NCBI GenBank assembly: GCA_040754655.1
Contig: JBFMCE010000024.1
Location: 1 to 42,230, forward strand
DNA: 42,230 bases
Source of the DNA: Bdellovibrionota bacterium
GTDB taxonomy: Bacteria > Bdellovibrionota > UBA1018 > UBA923
Direction: 5' to 3'
This document shows positions 35,928 to 42,230 of this stretch, in pieces; the first letter of the stretch is position 1; each line of letters opens with the position of its first letter. The position numbers and the translations under genes were made by a program. The notes below the pieces were generated by a model. That model had not been told where the DNA came from and did no database searches. It saw only the letters and a program-made list of their open reading frames with translations.

Positions 35928-37388
35928 ATGCTTAACCAAACTCAATCAGGCAATCGCCTCCGATTTGTTACTTCGACTGATAGGAGTGGCCTTAAGAAGT
36001 TTAGTGGCCCCCTATCGGGCGCCATGTGGTCGAAGGTCAGCCAATTGGGATCGGCCTATCCAGACAATTTCGATTACACGATCTACGATCGACTCCACGA
36101 TCGCTACGGAGCCGAAACACCACGTGGTGGATTGGTTTTTCGCTCTCCATTGAAATTGGTAAACTACCACGCGACTTGCACAAAGTGCCACTATGCTTTC
36201 GAGATTGATACATACGGTCGCGGATGCATGCATGACTGTGCCTACTGCTACGCCAAAGACACTTTGACAAAGTATGGATATTGGAATCGTCCTCATCCTT
36301 TTCCAGTAGATCTCGCCGAAGTTCGAAAACTCTTCTATACGATTTTTGAAACTAACCGAAAGCATCGCTGGAGATCTATTTTCGAAAAGCGAATCCCGCT
36401 TCGAATCGGCTCAATGTCCGATTCGTTTATGTGGATGGACAAACGATATGGCGTGTCTCTTGAACTGCTCAAGATCCTAAACTTTTATAAGTATCCGTAT
36501 GTAGTATTCACACGCTCAGATTTGATCGCAGAAAAAGAATATATCACGGCTATTGATCCAGCACTGGGGGCAGTACAGTTTTCGATTTCTGGAAGCGACG
36601 AACGACTAACCAAACTCTTAGAGCCAGGTGCACCATCAGTAGCACGTCGTCTGAAGGCCCTAAAGACACTAGCAGAGGTGGGCATCTGGACCACTGTGCG
36701 TATTAATCCACTCTTTCCAACATATCCCGATGGATATTTTACTGATCACAATACTGTCGAAAATCGATTTAATGGGAATATTCCACGTTTTCCATTTTTA
36801 GATATCGATCACTGCGGAGACTTCTTTGACCAGCTAGCAGCAGCTCATGTTCCAAGTGTACTAGTTGGATTCGTTCGTCTTACTTCATATAGTGTTAATC
36901 AGGTCACAGAGGCTACTGGGACCGATTTCAAAGAATTCTTCCGTCCTGAAGTCACAAAAACAGGCAAAGGTGGGAATCGAGATAAAAATTACTCCGATTC
37001 GGAAATCGCCTTTTACTATAAGAAATTTCAATCAGAATGTGCTCGAAGAAACATGCGCTTCAGTACCTGTTACATAGGAAACGGGATCAAAGATTATTAT
37101 CAATATCAGGAACTTTGGAGTAATAAATCCGACTGCTGTGATGTTGTAGGAAATGTTTCGGAATTTAGAGAAACCTCTCAAAGCATACCTTGGTCCGACC
37201 GCATTCGACATGCTCCTCAAGCTTTTCAAACAAAACGCGGCTATGAATTTGAGCAGGCGTATTCAGGGCTGAATGGAGAGCTTTTTGACAAAGGCAAAAT
37301 AGTCAGTACCTATTATGAAAATAAAGATCAAATTTTCGCACGATCACTGAGTGAGGAAGAAAAACCGACGGAGAATCTGGATGGCTGA
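35928..37388 (+). CDS. Radical SAM enzyme, spore-photoproduct-lyase (SplB)-like family
   Basis: CxxxCxxC 'GCMHDCAYCYA', 'RIGSMSD', 'FTRSDL', 'LEPGAPSVARRLKAL..L...GI.T.VRINP'; extra Cys motifs CTKCH and C..DCC. Confidence 0.88.
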   Translation: MLNQTQSGNRLRFVTSTDRSGLKKFSGPLSGAMWSKVSQLGSAYPDNFDYTIYDRLHDRYGAETPRGGLVFRSPLKLVNYHATCTKCHYAFEIDTYGRGCMHDCAYCYAKDTLTKYGYWNRPHPFPVDLAEVRKLFYTIFETNRKHRWRSIFEKRIPLRIGSMSDSFMWMDKRYGVSLELLKILNFYKYPYVVFTRSDLIAEKEYITAIDPALGAVQFSISGSDERLTKLLEPGAPSVARRLKALKTLAEVGIWTTVRINPLFPTYPDGYFTDHNTVENRFNGNIPRFPFLDIDHCGDFFDQLAAAHVPSVLVGFVRLTSYSVNQVTEATGTDFKEFFRPEVTKTGKGGNRDKNYSDSEIAFYYKKFQSECARRNMRFSTCYIGNGIKDYYQYQELWSNKSDCCDVVGNVSEFRETSQSIPWSDRIRHAPQAFQTKRGYEFEQAYSGLNGELFDKGKIVSTYYENKDQIFARSLSEEEKPTENLDG

Positions 37389-37824
37389 AACTAAGATCTG
37401 CATTCCTGGATTAAATGTTCAATGGCCGTGGTCGCAATTAATCCTCGAAGGCAAGAAGACTATTGAAACAAGATCTTACCCTTTGCCTTCATCGTATAGG
37501 GGAATGCCAATTGCGGTGATAGAAACTCCCGGACAAGATCCCTCTTCTCCAGTTCGTACGGCTCAAATTATTGGCATTGTAATTTTTTCCGACTCTTTTC
37601 AGTACACAACCCACCGCGCCTGGTTACGAGATCAGCAGCATCATCTTGTTCCGGAAGGGCATAAACTATTTGGATATAAAAAATCCAAGACTAAGTGGGG
37701 ATGGAGAATCAAATCTATTCAAACATTTTCTGAGCCGCAGCGAGCACCAAAGCATCGAGGAATCGTGTTCACGAAAACCTGTCATCTGAAGGTGCCAATA
37801 ATCTCGGCACTTTCAAGCGGCTAG
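37381..37824 (+). CDS. ASCH-domain protein
   Basis: 'LNVQWPWSQLILEGKKTIETRS' (GxKxxExR), 'IIGIV', 'WGW'; ATG 37381 overlaps the radical SAM stop (ATGGCTGA). Confidence 0.88.
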   Translation: MAETKICIPGLNVQWPWSQLILEGKKTIETRSYPLPSSYRGMPIAVIETPGQDPSSPVRTAQIIGIVIFSDSFQYTTHRAWLRDQQHHLVPEGHKLFGYKKSKTKWGWRIKSIQTFSEPQRAPKHRGIVFTKTCHLKVPIISALSSG

Positions 37825-40386
37825 CTTTCTCCCTTTAACCATTCTAAAGGCAGTTTCGGTAAGTTTTTTAGTCAAATTATACGCTGTTGCAACCAGTGTC
37901 TCCGCCTCATTTCGGGCTGAAAGATACGGTCGTGATTTAGGATCAGAAGTGGAAAGAATCGAATGGAGCTCTTCCGCATGCGAAATCACCTCGGGACTCG
38001 GTGCTAAGTAGGGTAGGTCTTCCAGTTGATCAATGTCCGTCTGGGCCATAACTCGCCCAAGCTCCATAGTCACGAGATGATAAAATCGATTCATTACCGC
38101 CGAATTTAATACTAAGCAAAGCCACTCAAGAGACACATCTGGTGATTTGGGTGATATGCTATGAACGTTATTGACATGATATAGCCGCTTCCGATCGACC
38201 GAAGCAATTAGAGAGTCTCCGGTTTGGCGAACTACCAGCTTTGGGTTTTCCATGATCTCTGGATCATAGCCAGATCGAAGTGCCCTTTCGTCGATTCGTA
38301 TCCAACCACCCTTGTATTCAATCTTGTAAGGAACAATTTCAGAACCGGAGTGCAGCCCCTTTTGGTAGAAAGAATTTACTTTCCTTCCCGAAATAATGTC
38401 CTCTTTTTTAAATCCTGGTGCCGCAATCACTCCTGAATAGCCGATTGCAACGTCACCCAGTTTTTTTGTTGTAGCGCTTCGCATTGACTCCACTAGTTCT
38501 TGGGAAGCGGGGTCGAAGTAAAGTTCAAATCGATTTCTCAAAAGACGATTAAAAACACTTTGTTGGTATTTGTTCTTGATAAATTTCCTGGTTTTAATGT
38601 TAGCAGCCGTATCGGCCAACTTTACAGTCACGCTGTTGTTGTCTCGACTGAGCTTGTTCGATTCGCGCTGCAAGATCAAGAGAGTAGGGCAACCTACCTC
38701 AGCGTCCTCCCAGAAATTCTCGCGGCAAAATACAATCTCCTTAACTTTGGTATTCTCCAAGATGAACTTTCTAACATTTGAAAAATATTTTCCGATTAAA
38801 AAAGAATCTGGAAGTATGAAAGCAAGAATTCCACCTTCACATAAAAGCTCGATAGATCGTTCAATGAACAAGGGATAATAACTAATCTTGTACTCCGCTG
38901 ACTTTTGCCACCGGCCGCGAAGGTATTCTTCGTAGGTCTCCTTGAGAGCCTTGTTCGATCGAAGTCCGAAACATCGGTATGGTGGGTTGCCCACTACTGC
39001 ATCGTATTTGATGGAGATAAAATCCTTTATCTCTCTTATATTCTTTGCCGCCTCTGCGGCTAAATTCCCATCGAATAAGGACATATCTGGTAATTTCTTG
39101 TCGATCAGACTATCAGCAGCGAGGATGTTTAAGTGTCGCGGTTTTTTCTTTGCCCCAAGTGTTCCGAGAAGCAAGTTCATAGTCGTCAATTGAGTCGCAA
39201 ACGGATTGATGTCTATGCCGTAAAGATTTTCTTCAACCGCAGCACTAGAGTTGTTGTTTCGAAGTGGAGATAGTGCTTTCAAGCAGTGTGTCAAAAATGC
39301 GCCGGAACCGCATGAGGGGTCCAGTATTTTTGAATCCGCCTTCAAATTAATATGCTCGACCAAATATTCGACAATAAACTGTGGGGTGTAGAATTGCCCC
39401 AAGCGTTTCCTTTCTTCTACTGGAATGTGGTGTTCATATGCCTGACCGATTAAATCATTGTCGAGCTGGCCAAAGTCCACATTAGCGAACCGAGCAAGTA
39501 CTTTGAAAATTGTTGTCTCATTCCATTCCACGTCGTCGAATGTGATCGAGTTGAAGAGAGGCGAATTGTAGAAAGTCTCGTACTCCTTTGCCCCCATCTG
39601 AAACAGCTTACTCAGTTGCTTAGACGGTTTTTCAACCATTTCTCGCCAAGACTTAAGGTTGTTTTCAGAAATCTGCGGTGATTGGTCACCGCGATCTTCG
39701 CAAATTCTATAGAACAACACGCGATTGATTAGACTATAAGCGCCCTCTTTACACAGTTTTTCGACAAGTCCCTTGTCTTTGATATCTAACTTCACAGTAG
39801 CCGCCCAGTTGTCGATTTTTTCTTTAAACCGCGCATCGGACTTGTAGCGGGCTGTAAATTGAGGGAAGAGCACATTGAAAAGATCCTCAGTGCTCTTTAC
39901 AAGCACTCGCGTAAGATCTGGTTCTGTGGCGTGGGGACGTAGTCGCTGCTTACATTTCTTCAACTGAACAAAGTCTGGAAGAGCGTTTCGCTGAAATGCT
40001 TTTTTCAGTTCGGCAGGGGGATTTCGAGGATCTTCGATCAAATACTTTCCAAGGACACGGTCGCTCGCTGAAACCACACCTTTTGCAAAGGTCGCGTATA
40101 TACGAAATTCGGCGCCATTAGTAAGGCAAACGAACTCAAGCTGTTTTTCTTGGCCATATTCAATCGCCTGATCTATGTGGTGATCGAGGTTTTCGGACTT
40201 GTCCTTCACTTCGATCAATGTGACGAGTGCGTCATTTATGATGATCGCAATGTCAGCGCGTTTATTTCTGACGTTATGCTCAAAGTCGAATTCATCCAGG
40301 TCGGAATAGCCTAAGCCGTCTTGCAAGAGCGGAAGTACGAGCTTGATCTTAGTGTTTTCTTCCTGTTTTCTGTTCGCCCCAGGCAT
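37813..40386 (-). CDS. Fused restriction endonuclease / N6-adenine methyltransferase / TRD (type IIG-like)
   Basis: N-terminal HsdR_N-type nuclease 'RADI...LIEVK...QA..Y...LTNG'; GQFYTP, ILDPSCGSGAF, VGNPPY; TaqI_C-like 'PKLVVRQT', 'VLNS'. GAGGGG RBS. Confidence 0.92.
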   Translation of the reverse strand: MPGANRKQEENTKIKLVLPLLQDGLGYSDLDEFDFEHNVRNKRADIAIIINDALVTLIEVKDKSENLDHHIDQAIEYGQEKQLEFVCLTNGAEFRIYATFAKGVVSASDRVLGKYLIEDPRNPPAELKKAFQRNALPDFVQLKKCKQRLRPHATEPDLTRVLVKSTEDLFNVLFPQFTARYKSDARFKEKIDNWAATVKLDIKDKGLVEKLCKEGAYSLINRVLFYRICEDRGDQSPQISENNLKSWREMVEKPSKQLSKLFQMGAKEYETFYNSPLFNSITFDDVEWNETTIFKVLARFANVDFGQLDNDLIGQAYEHHIPVEERKRLGQFYTPQFIVEYLVEHINLKADSKILDPSCGSGAFLTHCLKALSPLRNNNSSAAVEENLYGIDINPFATQLTTMNLLLGTLGAKKKPRHLNILAADSLIDKKLPDMSLFDGNLAAEAAKNIREIKDFISIKYDAVVGNPPYRCFGLRSNKALKETYEEYLRGRWQKSAEYKISYYPLFIERSIELLCEGGILAFILPDSFLIGKYFSNVRKFILENTKVKEIVFCRENFWEDAEVGCPTLLILQRESNKLSRDNNSVTVKLADTAANIKTRKFIKNKYQQSVFNRLLRNRFELYFDPASQELVESMRSATTKKLGDVAIGYSGVIAAPGFKKEDIISGRKVNSFYQKGLHSGSEIVPYKIEYKGGWIRIDERALRSGYDPEIMENPKLVVRQTGDSLIASVDRKRLYHVNNVHSISPKSPDVSLEWLCLVLNSAVMNRFYHLVTMELGRVMAQTDIDQLEDLPYLAPSPEVISHAEELHSILSTSDPKSRPYLSARNEAETLVATAYNLTKKLTETAFRMVKGRKLAA

Positions 40387-40636
40387 TAGACAGACCCCTC
40401 CGTTGCATCGGTGTATGTATAAAGTTCATCGGTAGGAACTTGCCGGGACTAGATAGAATAGTTAATTGGCAAAGGATTTTGGTTGAGGCATATGCGGAGA
40501 GCACGGACTAAAATGGAGTTTTTTGCCCAACAAAGTGCGTGGTCAGCACACTTCTAGCCGCAATGTTAGGATTTCGAACAAAGTATCCGATGCGCTACAT
40601 AAAAGTTTCTAATTTGGGTCAAGAGAAGGATTTTTA

Positions 40637-41548
40637 ATGCCAATACCTGACTACCAAACGATCATGCTTCCACTGTTGAAATTGGTCGCAATTAAAAAAG
40701 CTATCAGCATCAGAGAGGCTACGGATTTTATCGCGAATGAATTCAAACTGTCAGATGCGGAGCGATCAGCCGTACTTCCAAGCGGCAAACAAGAAATCAT
40801 CGTCAATCGTGTAGCTTGGGCGCGAACTTACATGAAAAAAGCGGGCCTCCTTAGTTCGCCTCAACGAGGAATGATCCAAATTACCGAGAGAGGCCGACAA
40901 GTAATCGCCGAGAATCCAAAGGAAATTAATGTGGCTTTCCTTTCAAGATTTCCTGAATTCATCGAATTCCGATCAATAGAAAATGAAAAAGAAACAAACG
41001 GCAGCGCTAAATCAGAGGTTTCAAGTTCCTCTGCTACTCCTGAAGAATTATTGGAACAATCATTTCTCGAGCTGAAAAACAGTTTATTGGGAGAGATTCT
41101 CGATAGAGTTAAATCTTGTTCACCCGAATTTTTTGAGCACCTCGTTGTCGATACTCTTGTACGCATGGGCTATGGAGGCTCGAGAAAAGAAGCGGGAAAA
41201 GCAATAGGCCAGAGTGGTGATGAAGGTATCGATGGAATAATCAACGAAGACAGGCTCGGTCTTGATGTCATCTACATTCAGGCGAAGCGTTGGAAAGGCA
41301 TCGTTGGCAGACCTGAAATTCAAAAGTTTGCGGGCGCTCTTCAGGGAAAAAGGGCAAAAAAGGGTATATTCATCACGACTTCAGATTTCACCTCTGAGGC
41401 GAAAGAATTCGCTAAGAATATTGATGCTAAAATAATTTTAATTTCGGGCGGACAACTGGTTGAGCTGATGTGGGAATACGACATTGGTGTCGCTGGAGCC
41501 GCATCTTATCAAGTGAAAAAATTGGATGTGGATTTTTTCTCCGAATAA
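40637..41548 (+). CDS. mrr: Mrr type IV (modification-dependent) restriction endonuclease
   Basis: 'MPIPDYQ.IMLPLL', 'NRVAWARTYMKKAGL' (Mrr_N), 'FEHLVVD.L..MGYG', 'GDEGIDG', 'YIQAKRW', 'GIFITTS.F'. Confidence 0.95.
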   Translation: MPIPDYQTIMLPLLKLVAIKKAISIREATDFIANEFKLSDAERSAVLPSGKQEIIVNRVAWARTYMKKAGLLSSPQRGMIQITERGRQVIAENPKEINVAFLSRFPEFIEFRSIENEKETNGSAKSEVSSSSATPEELLEQSFLELKNSLLGEILDRVKSCSPEFFEHLVVDTLVRMGYGGSRKEAGKAIGQSGDEGIDGIINEDRLGLDVIYIQAKRWKGIVGRPEIQKFAGALQGKRAKKGIFITTSDFTSEAKEFAKNIDAKIILISGGQLVELMWEYDIGVAGAASYQVKKLDVDFFSE

Positions 41549-41549
41549 A

Positions 41550-42230
41550 ATGACTAAATTCTACAACCCCCAACGAACGCGAAACATCTACGATCCAGCA
41601 TCAAAGGAACCCTTCAAACTAAGTCGAAGCAAACTCGATCTCTTTCTGAATTGCCCGAGATGCTTCTACAACGATCGTCGCCTCGGCATTGGGTTGCCGC
41701 CAGGGTACCCGTTCGCTTTGAACTCAGCAGTCGATGCCTTGCTCAAAAAAGAGTTCGATCATTATCGGCAGTTACAGAAGCCCCATCCCATCATGTTGCA
41801 GCATCAAATCGACGCAGTTCCGTTCGCGCATGAACTCATCGAGGATTGGCGGAACTCCCTTCATAAAGGGATACAGTATCACGATAGGAAAACGAATTTG
41901 ATCATCACTGGCGGCGTGGATGATGTTTGGAAAAATGCCAAAGGCGAACTCATCATCGTTGACTATAAAGCCACATCAAAAAACGACGCCATTACGATCG
42001 ATGCGGATTGGCAGATCGGTTACAAGAGGCAAATGTCTTTGTACGCCTGGCTCTTCAAACAAAACGGATTTTCGGTGCACCACACAGGCTACTTCGTTTA
42101 CTGTAACGGGTTGATGGATAGGCCGAAATTCGATCAGCGTTTGGAATTTCACATCTCCGTATTGCCGTATCAAATTGACGACTCATGGGTCGAAGACGCG
42201 ATCAAACGCGCGCACGAGTGTTTGAATCAA
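41550..42230 (+). CDS. Cas4/RecB-like PD-(D/E)XK nuclease; 3' end lies outside the window
   Basis: Not in the ORF track (no stop in window). Manual translation: MTKFYNPQRTRNIYDPASKEPFKLSRSKLDLFLNCPRCFY...TGGVDDVW...IIVDYKATS...YKRQMSLYAWLF...; starts 1 bp after the mrr stop. Confidence 0.88.
   Translation, partial: MTKFYNPQRTRNIYDPASKEPFKLSRSKLDLFLNCPRCFYNDRRLGIGLPPGYPFALNSAVDALLKKEFDHYRQLQKPHPIMLQHQIDAVPFAHELIEDWRNSLHKGIQYHDRKTNLIITGGVDDVWKNAKGELIIVDYKATSKNDAITIDADWQIGYKRQMSLYAWLFKQNGFSVHHTGYFVYCNGLMDRPKFDQRLEFHISVLPYQIDDSWVEDAIKRAHECLNQ

Larger units (their letters stand above)
32050..42230. mobile_element. Integrative (putatively mobilisable) element/defence island inserted at the tRNA-Arg 3' end; right boundary outside the window
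   Basis: Serine integrase abuts the tRNA; relaxase-like gene present; cargo of restriction genes that look more AT-rich than the flanking core genes; no second tRNA fragment (attR) seen. Confidence 0.85.

Noticed and set aside
36177..36191. CxxCH (CTKCH) as a c-type haem site
   Set aside because: The protein has no export signal and haem c attachment is extracytoplasmic; metal ligation is more plausible.
35928..37388. Calling the radical SAM protein a true spore photoproduct lyase (splB) or a viperin
   Set aside because: Only family-level SPL-like motifs are visible; there is no sporulation context, and the length and motifs do not resemble viperins.
40400..40595. σ28-like CCGAT elements upstream of the RM and mrr genes
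   Set aside because: The -35 matches are too weak to support by eye.
41550..42230. CRISPR-Cas locus suggested by the Cas4-like gene
   Set aside because: No cas1/cas2 or repeat-spacer array in the window.

Overview
Bacterial chromosomal window. The many secreted hydrolases, β-barrel proteins and σ54 regulation suggest a Bdellovibrionota/Oligoflexia-like organism (inference). Bases 1 to ~31.9 kb look like core genome: a truncated secreted KG[GA]Q[ED]-repeat protein, M48 and M14 peptidases, a thermonuclease, a GH1 glycosidase, ftsK, a major outer-membrane protein, a ~180-bp MITE-like hairpin, a ZraPSR-like σ54 two-component locus, epmA, an MdlAB-type ABC exporter, an RluA-family pseudouridine synthase, a BMP nucleoside ABC importer and a C45-TPR hydrolase. 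From tRNA-Arg(TCT) at 31973-32049 to the window end lies an integrative element. It carries a large serine recombinase whose ORF runs antisense through the whole tRNA, a small coupled ORF, a long hairpin, a Replic_Relax-type protein and a membrane protein. Its cargo is an RHH + SPL-like radical SAM + ASCH operon, a fused restriction-modification enzyme (type IIG-like), Mrr and a Cas4-like PD-(D/E)XK nuclease (partial). The strongest candidate for an undescribed system is the RHH-radical SAM-ASCH operon in this defence island. All calls come from motif reading by eye; no database searches were run.
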